Assembly (NCBI GenBank): GCA_038087875.1
Contig: CM075993.1
Coordinates: forward strand, 11,906,001-11,970,000
Length of the DNA: 64,000 bases
Origin: Malacoraja senta
Lineage: Eukaryota
Direction: 5' to 3'
Shown here one piece after another: positions 39,965-52,380 of this stretch (its first letter is position 1; every line of letters starts with the position of its first letter). The notes beneath the pieces were generated by a model. It saw only the letters and a list, made by a program, of their open reading frames with translations. It was not told the DNA's origin and searched no databases. A program made the position numbers and the translations under genes.

Positions 39965-40150
39965 GTGTAGGAAAGAACTGCAGATGCTGGTTTAAATCGA
40001 AGGTGGACATGAAATGCTGGAGTGACTCAGCGGGACTGGCAGCATCTCTGGAGAGAAGGAATGGGTGACGTTTCGGGTCGAGACCCTTCTTCAGACCCAA
40101 AATGTTACCCATTCCTTCTCTCCAGAGATGCTGCCTGTCCCCGCTGACCC
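39965..40150. mobile_element. Partly palindromic Penelope terminal-repeat insertion
   Basis: same repeat as the PLE 3' ends; inverted arm ~40095-40147. Confidence 0.8.
40062..40099 (-). ncRNA. Putative minimal type I hammerhead ribozyme
   Basis: minus strand UGGGU-CUGAAGA-A-GGGU(CUCG)ACCC-GAAAC-GUC-ACCCA: helix I, conserved core, helix II, GUC cleavage triplet. Confidence 0.65.
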
Positions 40151-40444
40151 CTCTTCAAGTTATTGTTTACAGCTGCGGACCTGTGGTTATTCAGTCCTGA
40201 TCATTGCAGACAATTGTTGATAGATACATAGAAACATAGAAAATAGGTGCAGGAGGAGACCATTTGGCCCTTCGATCCTGCACCGCCATTCATTGTGATC
40301 ATGGCTGATCATCCACAATCAGTAACCCGTACCTACCTTCTCCCCATATCCTTTGATTCCGTTAGCCCCTAGAGCTCTATCTATCTCTCTTTTAATTTCA
40401 TTAAAAGGTAAGTCATTCTAAGTTAGTCATTCCCCCACTACAAA

Positions 40445-40745
40445 GGGTGGCATGGTGGCGCAGCAGTAGAGTTGCTGCCTTGCAGCGCCAGGGACCCGGG
40501 GTTGATCGTGACTACGGGTGCTGTCTGGACGGAGTTTGCACATTCTCCCCGTGACCGTGTGGGTTTTCTTTGGGCAGCTCAGTTTCCTCCCACACTCCAA
40601 AGACGTACAGGTTTGTCAGCTAATTGGCTTGGTGTAAATATAAATTGTCCCTAGTGTGTGTGGGATACTGTTAATGTGCAGGGATCGCTGGTCGGTGCAG
40701 ACTCGGTGAGCCGGAGGGCCTGTTTCCACACTGTATCTCTAAAGC
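40445..40745 (+). mobile_element. V-SINE (HE1-like)
   Basis: same family. Confidence 0.85.
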
Positions 40746-41337
40746 AAACCACATTACAGCTGAACTGTGTTCTGCTGCCATGTAAGCTTACATAGACTTG
40801 CTTACGATTGACAGCAAGAAACCCTGGATAATTATTTCTCTTGCCTTCGGCATGAGAGGCAGGAGAAAACCAACTGCTGGTATTTTATAGAACCCATATC
40901 CCTCTTCCCCACAGCTCTTCTGGTTGGAATGAATGTCCCAACTCACCCTTCCTGAATAGGTCAGTCAGGAAGCAATTCACTGCTGTAAATTGCCTGCACT
41001 CTCAGCAAGAAAACTAATCACAAACAACTTGTGCTAACACTAGCACGACCATCATCTGGCCGGTCAGTCTTTACAGTCTGACCACCCTTCTCGTGGATCA
41101 TGATTCATCTGCAGCCAAACTCTAAAGCAAAGTGGCAAAAATTCTACATTCTGCAAAAATTCAACTGCATTTTATAAAATCAGCACCACACAGCCATGCA
41201 CATAAGAAAATACTTGTGTATAAACATGCCTAGCAACAGCAAGCCGTTCCTATAGAGACTGAAATATATTTTAAGAAAACTTGACCTCAAACCATTTAAG
41301 ACAATTTGAGGTGCAAGGTATAAATGTTAAAATTAAC

Positions 41338-41642
41338 CTTGAGAGTTTCAGTTGCGTCAGGTTTACATCCATGACGTCCAGGACAGGCGGTACAGAGAAC
41401 TGTTCGCCTGGGATCAGAGTGAATCTATTCCGAACAGTAATCAATCCCAAATCTGCCACCAAGGCATTCATGGAGATGGAGGATTCGGGGATGATGATGA
41501 CTGGGGCTTTCAGATTGATGTCCATTGCCAATCGAACACTCTTCTGGGCAAAATCCTTCACGCTGGAGGCTGCTTTCTCTGCAGCCTGCGCTGTGGCTGC
41601 ACTTAGTGCTTCCTTCACTGTTTGGAAGTTGTCAAAGAAGTT
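41338..41642 (-). CDS. VPS13C: VPS13C exon 6 (305 nt; NFFDNFQTVKEALSAATAQAAEKAA...DINLKAPVIIIP...DLGLI...TQLKLS)
   Basis: ccatag acceptor, gttaat donor, phase 0-2; contains the VPS13 hallmark LKAPVIIIP...DLG motif. Confidence 0.93.
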
Positions 41643-42742
41643 CTATGGTAAAGACATCAAGAGTTAGCACGTCCACATTCAAATCACTCGCTCATTTCCA
41701 GATGAACATTACAAAGATTTTTCATACAATTTGAGTTATGGCAATTTGAACCCTACATTAAACTAAGTAAGTAATTTTCAGGTCTATGGATCAACAAAGT
41801 TCTGAAGAAGGGTTTCGACCAGAAACGCCACCTATTTATTTTCTCCAGAGATGCTGCCTGACCCGCTGAGTTACTCCACCAAATTGTGTCTATCTTTAGT
41901 GTACTTTAGCTTATTATTGTCACGTGTACCAAAGCACAGTGAAAATATTTGTTTGCGTGCTATGCAGTCAAAGAGTTTGGGTTTGAGTTTAGTTTACTGT
42001 CACGTGTACCGAGGTACAGTGAAAAGTGGAGTCAATGGAAGGGAGGTTGGTTTATGTGATGGTCTGATTACAATCACGTCATCCACAATGAACAGATACA
42101 TTCTGCATGGACACTGAGGGCTGAAGGGCCTGTTCCTGTGCTGCTCACCAGGTGCAACGGAACAGTGGATGAAATGGAACAAATGGATGAAAAATGTCCA
42201 TCTGTGTAGCGGATCAAAAGAAAATCCCAACTGAAAATGTAAACTTCCAATCGAACGAAGATCAATTAATGCAATAAATTCCTGCAGAAGAGTTTACATA
42301 TTGTGTTTGAACATTTCCACCTGAACACAATGAGTCCTTTCCAATTTATTCAAGTTGAATAATTATTATCTTGGCCTTAAAACTGGAAAAAGCCAGATCT
42401 AAGCATCCACAAAATAACATTGAAAAAAGACAAAAGCCTTCAACGTTAGCAACAACATTATTTATTGAGTGATGCAAAACAAAACTTCAACTTAGAAAAT
42501 CATTTCAACCCTTAACTTATCGTCAGCAGAGAGGTAATCCATTGTCAGGGACAGTTGTGATTTTTACAATAATAATTCCGGCAAATATTAAACCAGATTG
42601 ATTACATTCTTTTTACAGACACTTTGTCAGATAATTAAAAAGCAAAAAAACATTGCAGTTATTTGACCACTCTACAGTCGGGCTGCATTTGCAGAGAGAG
42701 AAACCAGATTAATATTCAAGGCCAACAATCTCTTAAGAGTTA

Positions 42743-43072
42743 AAGCCCTGTCCCACGGTACGAGTTCATTCCAAGAGCTCTCCCGAGTAAACAAAAAATC
42801 AAACTCGTGGTAAGCACGGAGAATGAACATAGCGGGTACGTCGGAGCTCGGGGACGTCTCTTACCGGCTCCTAACGCGAACGGCAGGTACTCAGGAAGAC
42901 TCGCTAACGGCAGGTAAGCACAGGAAGACTCGTGAAGATTTTTCAACATGTTGAAAAATGTCCATGAGAGCCCCGAGTACCGACGAGTGGCCATTACCGT
43001 AAATCTCCAAGTTCGAATCAGGGCAAACTCGGGAGAGCTCTTGTAATGAACTCGTACCGTGGGACAGGGCTT
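42743..43072. mobile_element. PIF/Harbinger-type MITE
   Basis: ~45-bp TIRs AAGCCCTGTCCCACGGTACGAGTTCATT...; TTA TSD. Confidence 0.85.
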
Positions 43073-43603
43073 TTAGGACTTTCCTGAATTCTGCTGAAAG
43101 GCTGCTGACACAAGACAGTGGGCTGTTGCTCTCTTTGTAGATGCACCAAATGTCAGCAAACCTGCCTGATTTTTCATATTTTTAAAAACAAAATATCTGA
43201 AGAATTCCCTTTGAATCAAAAATGACCCGAGGATCTTTCACATGAAACCCAATAAGCAGAAAAGCATTACTTTGCAGTTTGATCCAAAATTGGGTCAGAC
43301 AAAGCAGCGCAGTCAATGCACAAAGTGTCTTGAATACAGTCACAGTCTCAATTACATGCTCCATTTCTGGAATGAGGCTAATACACAGCTGGCCCATTTG
43401 AATCACTTGAATTACCATTAGATCAATGCCATACCAAGCCATATAGACAATATAATCAGTACTTTTACAGATAATGATCAATAGTGATAAAAGTCTATAG
43501 CATTAAAACTCTATTCATGCTTTTCCCTATTAAGTTGACAGCATCAAATTATTTATCCACTTGAATGCATGACCAAAGATTAGACTAGTATATATTTAAG
43601 GCT

Positions 43604-44194
43604 GTGGTAGACAAAAATGCTGGAGAAACTCAGCGGGTGAGGCAGCATCTATGGAGCGAAGGAAATGGGCAACGTTTCGGGCCGAAACCCTTCTTCAGAC
43701 TGATGTGAGGGTTGGGGGGGGCGGGAAGAAGAAAGGAAGAGGAGGAGCCAGGGGGCTAGAGGGAGAGCTGAGAAGGGGAGGAGACAGTAAGGACTACGTG
43801 AAATTAGAGAAATCAATGTTCATACCGCTGGGGTACAAACTGCCCAAGCGAAATATGTGGTGCTGCTCCTCCAATTTCCGGTGGTCCCCACTCTGACCAT
43901 GGAGGAGACCCAGGACAGAAAGGTCGGATTCGGAATGGGAGGGGGAGTTGAAGTGCTGAGCCACCGGGAGATCAGGTTGGTTATTGCGAACCGAGCGGAG
44001 GTGTTCGGCGAAGCGATCGCCAAGCCTATGCTTGGTCTCACCGATGTAGATCAGCTGGCATCTAGAGCAGCAGATGCAATAGATGAGGTTGGAGGAGGTG
44101 CAGGTGAACCTCTGTCGCACCTGGAAAGACTGCTTGGGTCCTTGAATGGAGTCAAGGGGGGGAGGTAAAGCAACAAGTGCAGCATTTCTGTAGC
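43604..44194 (-). mobile_element. Penelope-like element 3' fragment (GIY-YIG endonuclease plus terminal repeat)
   Basis: NLIYCICCSRCQLIYIGET...HFN...GMN; 10-bp TSD ATTTAAGGCT at 43594-43603 / 44195-44204. Confidence 0.9.
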
Positions 44195-44477
44195 ATTTAA
44201 GGCTTATCAGTAAATAAAATTGAAGTAGTAAAAAAGGGATGTGTAGGAAGGAACTGCAGGTAGTGGTTTACAGGGCCTACAGACACAAAATGCAGGAATA
44301 ACTCATCGGTCAGGCAGCATCTCTGAAGAAAAGCAATAGGTAACGTCACCTATTCCTTTCCTCCAGAGATGCTGCCTGACCCACTTAGAAAAAAAGGGAT
44401 ATTGGACATTCAGATTTTTTCTGTAGAAATATTGAAGAGACAGTAAAGTAAGTTGATGTGAGGAGAAAAATCATGTC

Positions 44478-47400
44478 CATATATAACCATATAACCATAT
44501 AACCATAACAGCACGGAAACAGGCCATCTCGGCCCTTCAAGTCCGTGCCGAACATTTTTTTTTTTTTTTAATTACAAATAAATACTTCCCCCTAGTCCCA
44601 TCTACCTGCACTCAGACCATAACCCTCCATTCCTTTCCCGTCCATATACCCATCCAATCTATTTTTAAAGGATAACATCGAACCTGCCTCCACCACTTCC
44701 ACTGGAAGCTCATTCCACACAGCTACCACTCTCTGAGTAAAGAAGTTCCCCCTAATGTTCCCCCTAAACTTATGTCCCTTAATTCTCAAGTCATGTCCCC
44801 TTGTTTGAATCTACCCTACTCTCAATGGGAAAAGCTTATCCACGTCCACCCGCTCATAATTTTAAAGACCTCTATCAAGTCCCCTTTTAACCTTCTGCGC
44901 TCCAAAGAATAAAGACCTAACTTGTTCAACCTTTCTCTGTAACTTAGTTGCTGAAACCCAGGCAACATTCTAGTAAATCTCCTCTGTACTCTCTCTATTT
45001 TGTTGACATCCTTCCTATAATTAGGCGACCAAAATTGTACTCCATACTCCAGAATTGGCCTCACCAATGCCTTGTACAATTTTAACATTACATCCCAACT
45101 TCTATATTCAATGCTCTGATTTACAAAGGCCACCAAAAGCTTTCTTTACCACCCTATCTACATGAGATTCCACCTTCAGGGAACTATGCACAGTTATTCC
45201 TAGATCCCTCTGTTCAACTGCATTCCTCAATTCGCTACCATTTACCGTGTACGTCCTATTTTGATTTGTCCTGCCGAGATGTAGCACCTCACATTTGTCA
45301 GCATTAAACTCCATCTGCCATCTTTCAGCCCACTCTTCCAAATGGCCTAAATCTCTCTGTAGACTTTGAAAATCTACTTCATTATCCACAACACCACCTA
45401 TCTTAGTATCATCTGCATACTTACTAATCCAATTTTCCACACCATCATCCAGATCATTGATGTACATGACAAACAACATTGGACCCAACACAGACCCCCG
45501 AGGCACCCCACTAGTCACCGGCCTCCAACCTGACAAACAGCCATCCACCATTACTCTCTGGCATCTCCCATTCAGCCACTGTTGAATCCATCTTGCTACT
45601 CCACCATTAATACCCAACAATTGAATCTTCTTAACCAACCTTCCATGAGGAACCTTGTCAAAGGCCTTACTGAAGTCCATATAGACAACATCCACTGCTT
45701 TACCCTCATCAATTTCCCTAGTAACCTCTTCGAAAAATTCAAGAAGATTAGTCAAGCATGACCTTCCAGGCACAAATCTATGTTGACTGTTCCTAATCAG
45801 ACCCTGCTTATCCAGATGCTTATATATATTATCTTTAAGTATCCTTTCCATTAATTTGCCCACCACTGACGTCAAACTAACAGGTCTATAATTGCTAGGT
45901 TTACTCTTCGAACCCTTTTTAAACAACGGAACAACATGCGCAGTACGCCAATCCTCCGGCACTATTCCCGTTTCTAATGACATTTGAAATATTTCTGTCA
46001 TAGCCCCTGCTATTTCTACACTAACTTCCCTCAATGTCCTAGGGAATATCCTGTCAGGACCTGGAGACTTATCCGTTTTCATATTTTTCAAAAGTGTCCG
46101 CACCTCCTCTTCTTTGAATCTCACAGTTTCCATTGCTACTCTGCTTGTTTCCCTTACCTCACATAATTCCATATCCTTCTCCTTCGTGAATACCGAAGAA
46201 AAGAAATTGTTCAATATCTCCCCCATCTCTTTTGGCTCTGCAGATAGCTGTCCACTCTGACTCTCTAATGGACCAATTTTATTCCTTGTTATCCTTTTGC
46301 TATTAATATAGCTGTAGAAACCCTTTGGATTTACTTTCACCTTACTTGCCAAAGCAACCTCATATCTTCTTTTAGCTTTTCTAATTTCTTTCTTAATATT
46401 CTTTTTACATTCTTTATACTCCTCAAGCACCTCATTTACTCCATGCTGCCTATAATTATTGTAGATCTCTCTCTTTTTCCAAACCAAGTGTCCAATTTCT
46501 CTTCAAAACCATGGCTCTTTCCATTTTTTACTATTTCCTTTCAACCGAACAGGGACATAAAGATTCTGTACTCTTAAAATTTCACTCTTAAATGTCCTCC
46601 ATTTTTCTTCTACATCCTTCCCATAAAACAACATGTCCCAATTCACTCCTTTTAAATCCTTTCGCATCTCCTCAAAGTTAGCCTTTCTCCAAACAAAAAT
46701 CTCAACCCTAGGTCCAGTTCTGACCCTCTCCATAATTATATTGAAACTAATGGTATTGTGATCACTGGACCCGAAGTGCTCCCCGACGCATACCTCCGCC
46801 ACCTGCCCTGTCTCATTTCCTAACAGGAGGTCCAGCACGGCCCCTTCTCTAGTAGGTACCTCTATGTATTGCTGCAAAAAACTATCTTGCACACATTTTA
46901 CAAACTCCAAACCATCCAGCCCTTTTACAGAATGTGTTTCCCAGTCTATGTGTGGAAAATTGAAATCTCCCACAATCACTACCTTGTGCTTACTACTAAT
47001 ATCTGCTATCTCCTTACATATTTGCACTTCCAATTCTCGCTCCCCATTTGGCGGTCTATAATACACCCCTATAAGTGTTGCTACACCTTTCCCATTTCTC
47101 AGTTCCACCCAAATAGCCTCCCTAGACGAGCCCTCTAATCTATCCTGCCAAAGCACTGCTGTAATATCTTCCTTGACAAGCAATGCAACACCCCCACCTC
47201 TTGCCCCTCCAATTCTATCACCCCTGAAGCAACGAAATCCTGGAATATTTATTTGCCAATCACAGCCCTCCTGCAACCATGTTTCACTGATCGCCACAAC
47301 ATCATACTTCCAGGTGTCAATCCAGGCTCTAAGCTCATCCACCTTTCTTACAATGCTCCTAGCATTAAAATATACACATTTAAGAAACCCACCACCACTT

Positions 47401-47970
47401 ATTCTCTGTTTATTATCTTTTTCTTCTTTCTCCGCTACATTTTGGGTCCGAGTGCTTCCCTTCTCTGCCTCCTACCTCCCACAATTTCCACTAGCTTTCT
47501 CTATTTGAGTCCCTCCCCCCAACCGTTCTAGTTTAAAGTCTCCCCAGTAGCCTTTGCAAATCTCCCCGCCAGGATATTGGTCCCCCTCGGGTTCAAGTGC
47601 AACCCGTCCTTTCTGTACAGGTCACACCTTCCCCAAAAGAGGTCCCAATGATCCAGAAATTTGAATCCCTGCCCGCTGCACCAGTTCCTCAGCCACGCAT
47701 TTATCCTCCACCTCACTCCATCCCTACTCTCACCGTCGCGTGGCACAGGTAGTAATCCTGAGATTGTTACCTTTGTAGTCCTTCTCCTTAACTCTCCTCC
47801 CAACTCCCTAAATTCTCCTTTCAAGACCTCTTCTCTTTTTCTACCTATGTCATTGGTACCTATATGTACCACAACCTCAGGCTCCTCTCCCTCCGATTTC
47901 AGGATATCTTGGACGCGTTCAGACACATCCCTGACCCTGGCACCAGGGAGGCAAACTACCATCCGGGTCC
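44478..47970 (-). mobile_element. CR1 LINE: 3' part of ORF1 (SGNH/GDSL esterase) plus ORF2 (EN + RT) plus 8-bp tail repeat
   Basis: ORF1 CLPGA...HIGTND...DGLHL; ORF2 ISETW, YRPP, GDFN, SDH, YADD; in-frame TGA at 46503-46505 and small deletions near 45130 and 44850; (GGTTATAT)n tail. Confidence 0.93.
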
Positions 47971-48235
47971 AATAAATTTTAAGTATTTTTTTTAAATGGA
48001 AGACATTTCATAAAATGTACCCACTAATTTTCAAGCAATCGGCAGTTTTAATCATGGGTTAGGGGTTCTCTGTACCTGAAAGATGTGGAGGCTCAGTCAG
48101 ACTTACTTCAAAGCACAAATGAATAAGATTAAACGATATCAAGACAATCAGGAAATGTGCGAATCGGCATTGAATGGAAGGTGACATGTATCACCTATTC
48201 TTGCATCAATTTCTTTTAAAATAGATTAGACTTAC

Positions 48236-48403
48236 CAGTAATGACATGAGGAACTTTTGTAGATAGATAATCTGAATGCAACCAACTCGTAAAGTGATTT
48301 TTCCATCCACTTTTGACATATCTGCATAGTTCTCATCGTCAATCGCATTAGGATAGAGGGTTACATTGAAGCTGAACACTTCATTTCCAACAATGGAAAC
48401 AGC
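48236..48403 (-). CDS. VPS13C: VPS13C exon 5 (168 nt; AVSIVGNEVFSFNVTLYPNA...VGCIQIIYLQKFLMSLL)
   Basis: ttccag acceptor, gtaagt donor, phase 0-0; same length as paralogue 3425-3592. Confidence 0.93.
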
Positions 48404-49729
48404 CTGGAAATATCGGAGGTACAGCAGTTGATTAAAAACATTGGCAATCCAAATGAAATACTAAATAACAAATACGCATCACTCCCAGGACTGCAAGTTG
48501 CCTTGTCACCATCTCTGAACCAAGTTTGGGAGCAGTATATCTTGGGATGGAATGTCAAAATGGGACCAGATTATTAACACTATTAACCAGATATTGCTTA
48601 TTATGGCAGTAATGCAAATTCATTTCTTATTCTTGTTTACTTTAACCACCTGATTATCCAATCGTCATTTTTTCTTGGCCAATGCCACCCGTATAAATTC
48701 TCCCCTCTCCTCCTATGCTTTAGCAAAGACAACTTCAAGTGCAAGGATTTTCAGAATAGGCCACAACCAGAGAAAGAAAAACACATCTGATTATCATTTA
48801 GTCACAGTCATCTGCTATGTTTTGGATAAACATAAGAATCCAGCTCCAAATTTGACCCTGATAATATTTGACCCTGATAATAAGCTAGAAGAAATGATTA
48901 GTGGCTCTGATGAGAACCATGGTCCTCTATGCATTGTTACTCTGAGGAAGCCAAGTCAATCTTGATTGGATGGCCTGAGGGTGATCTTACCTATTATAAC
49001 TTGGAAAACTAGAAGGTGTTGTTGAGCACAGGAGGACAACTAGTCTCTCTCATGGCTTTCATGTTCTTGTTGAGGTACCAGAAGTAGTCTTTCATTCACC
49101 CAGCAAACACTTCACAGCTCATTAGGTGAAACATGCTCCCTGATCAACTCTTTAGGAACTACAGCCACGACTTTACCACTGATATTTCTGTCTGATATAC
49201 TTCCACTAATTCCCTCCCCTGCATTTCCACCGTTGGAGTAACATCAGTATGAAGGAACATGGTGATTCATAGTATAGTGATTCATAGTGAGTATAGAGGT
49301 TGGGAGAGCATGTTACAGATTGAATCAAGGATCAGAGGACATAGGTTTAAGGTGAAGGGGAAAAGATTTCACAGCAATCTGAGGGGTAACTTTTCACGCA
49401 GAGGGTGGTGGGTGTATGGAACAAACTGCCAGAGGAGGTAGTTGAGGCAGAGACTATCCCAACATTTAAGAAACAGTTAGACAGGTACATGGGATAGGAC
49501 AGGTTTGGAGGGATATGGACCAAACGCAGGCAGGTGGGACTATTGTAGATGGGACATTTTGGCCAGTGTGGGCAGGTTGGGCCGAATAGCCTGTTTCCAC
49601 ACTGTGACTCAAAGAAGCAAATGCTCTTTTCTCAGGGCAGTTTGTGGCAGCCAATTAAGGGAGTCTTCCAATGGCAACCAGATTCAGATAAAAACAACAC
49701 TAAAGTAGATGGTATTAAAAAATACACCT

Positions 49730-50410
49730 GAATCTTGATCAGTTGAGCTGAGGAATTGTTAATGGAGTTTCATGCAGGGTAAGTGCAAGGTGTTGCACTC
49801 TGGGAAGCAAACCAGGGCAGGACCTTCACAGTGAATGGCAGGGCTCTGGACAGTGTTGTAGAGCAGAGGGATCTAGGAGTGCAGGTACATAGTTCACTGA
49901 AAGTGGCATCACAAATATTCAAGAAGGCATCGGCACATTGGTCTTGATCAGACAGGGCATTGAGTGAGAACTCTTAAGTTGGGTATTGAGATGGAATTGT
50001 AACATAACAGTTGCAGTTACAATTGGCGAGGCCACTTTCAGAATATTGTGTTCAGTTTTAGTCACCCTGTTGTCCGAAAGATGCTGTTGGAAAGGATGCA
50101 GGGAAGATTTACAAGGATGTTACGAGGACGTTATGATCTAAACTATAGGGGGAGGTTGGGCAGGCTAGGATTGTATTCCGTGGAGTGCAGGAAGATGAGG
50201 GGAGATCTTGTAGAGGTGTATAAGATCATGTGTGGAATATACAGGGTAGATGCACAGTCTTTTACCCAGAGTAGGGAAAATCAAGAACCCAAGGACATAG
50301 ATTTTAAGGTGCGATGGGAAAGTTTTAATGGGAAACAGAGTGGCAACATTTTTACACAGAGGCTGGTGGGTGTATGGAACAAGCTGCCAAAGTAGGTAGT
50401 TGAAGCAGGT
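49730..50410 (+). mobile_element. Old CR1 3' fragment
   Basis: degenerate ERMQGRFTRML...LGLYS...WNKLP. Confidence 0.7.
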
Positions 50411-50589
50411 CACCTGAGCCACTGCCTCACAGCACCAGGGACTTGGGTTCAATTATGACCTCAGGTGCTGTTTGCATGGAGTTTGCACGTTCTCCCTATA
50501 ACCACATAAGTTTCCTCTCTGTGCTCCACTTAGACTCTAAGGAGATATGATGACAGCGCAGAATTAGGCCATTCGGCCCATCAAGTCTG

Positions 50590-50890
50590 CTTTAGTTTAC
50601 AGATACAGCGCGGAAACAGGCCCTTCGGCCCACCGGGTCCACACCGACCAACGATCCCAGCACGGTAACACTTTCCCACTAGGGACAATTTTACATTTAC
50701 TAAGCCAATTAACCTACAAACCTGTATGTCTTTGGAGTGTGGGAGGAAACCGAAGATCTTGGAAAAAACCCACGCAGGTCACGGGGAGAACATACAAACT
50801 CCGTACAGACAGCACCCGTAGTCGGAATCGATCCAAGGTCTCCGGCGCTGCATTCGCTGTAAGGCAGCAACTCTACCGCTGCACCACCAT
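50590..50890 (-). mobile_element. V-SINE (HE1-like)
   Basis: reverse complement of the same family. Confidence 0.85.
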
Positions 50891-51932
50891 GACTCAACTA
50901 CCTCCTCTGGCAGCTTGTTCCATACACCTACCACCCTTTGTGTGAAAAGGATACCCCTCACATTGCTGTTAAATCTTTTCCCCTTCACCTTAAACCTATG
51001 TCCTCTGGTCCTTGATTCAATCTGTACCATGCCCTACCAACTTCTATTACTCCAACAGTGGAATTGCAGGGGAGAGAATTAGTGGAAGTATATCAGACAA
51101 AAATATCAGTGGTAAAGTAGTGGCTGTACATCCTCAAGAGCTGATCAGGGAACATGTTTCACCTACCATTTGATTATGAATGGTGATATATTTTTCCCTC
51201 TCAACCCCATACTTCAGCCTTCTCTCCAGAACCTTAGATGCCTTTACATATCACTTTTAAAACACCCAATGACCCATCTGCGGCAATGAATTCCTCATCT
51301 CTATTCTAAAGGTACATTATTTTATTCTGGGCCCTCTGGTTCTAGACTCTCCCACTACTGGAGACATCCTCTCCACATCCACTCTAGGTCTTTCAAGATT
51401 CAGTAGGTTTCAATGACATCCTCCTGCATTCCCTTCCACATTCAAAAGACATGTTCAATGGCAAGTGATTAACTACTGTAGATTACACCACATGTGTAGG
51501 AGTGCAGTAGGATTTGGATGGAGTTGATGATGATGTGGAAAGAGGAAAGCAAGTTGAATTGAAGTAGGATGAGTGTAAATGGGTGGCTGATAAGTGGTAA
51601 TAGGTGGCCAGACTTGATGAGGTGAAGGCCTGATTGCCTGCTGTATTTCTCAATATCTCAATACCTCTTGACACTTACCTCCACTTTGCCATCTCTCGTC
51701 CTCAATAACTTTGTGATAGTTACTATAAAATATCACTCAGTTTGTCACATTATTGTGAGAGATTGTTACTCTGTGAACGGAACAGCTTCTACTCCTTCTG
51801 TCGTGCCATGCAAGTTGATAAACACTACACGATAGCAAGTGCGTTATACAAAATATAATTCTTGATGCAGAGGTTGGAGCAGACCAAGACATGAATTCAG
51901 ATACCCACAGGAAATTTCATGAATAAAATTAC

Positions 51933-52036
51933 CTTTTTATGTCGAGTCTTTGAGTCGACATCTGTGACAATAATATCTCGAAGTCTGGCAAAGACTTGTG
52001 TCTCCTTTGACCTCACTGAAATGGATGCATCCAAAC
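51933..52036 (-). CDS. VPS13C: VPS13C exon 4 (104 nt; LDASISVRSKETQVFARLRDIIVTDVDSKTRHKK)
   Basis: ctacag acceptor, gtaatt donor, phase 1-0; same length as paralogue 12740-12843. Confidence 0.92.
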
Positions 52037-52380
52037 CTGTAGAATTACAGAAAGAATTCAGTAATGACTATATTAACACACTTATAAGCGAGTTTGGTAT
52101 TCCGAATGCGCATGCCCAGGTCATTGGTCACTAGCTATAAACAGTCTCGGAAACGGTGGTCCTGCGTGGTGTGCAGGCTTGCGTTTTGTCCGTGGTCGGG
52201 GTTGGCTCTTAGTCGCTGCGTGTGCTGTTGATTTGCTGCTGGGCCGTCCCTGGACCCTCCCCGTCCCCTCTCCGGAGTCCTGTCCCTGTCCGGAGGTGTC
52301 CGGGGTGGCCGCTGGCTCCAGCTTGGCTCTGCCTGTCCCGCCGGGTTGGCCGGCAGCCCTCCACCTCCACCGCCCTCCCC

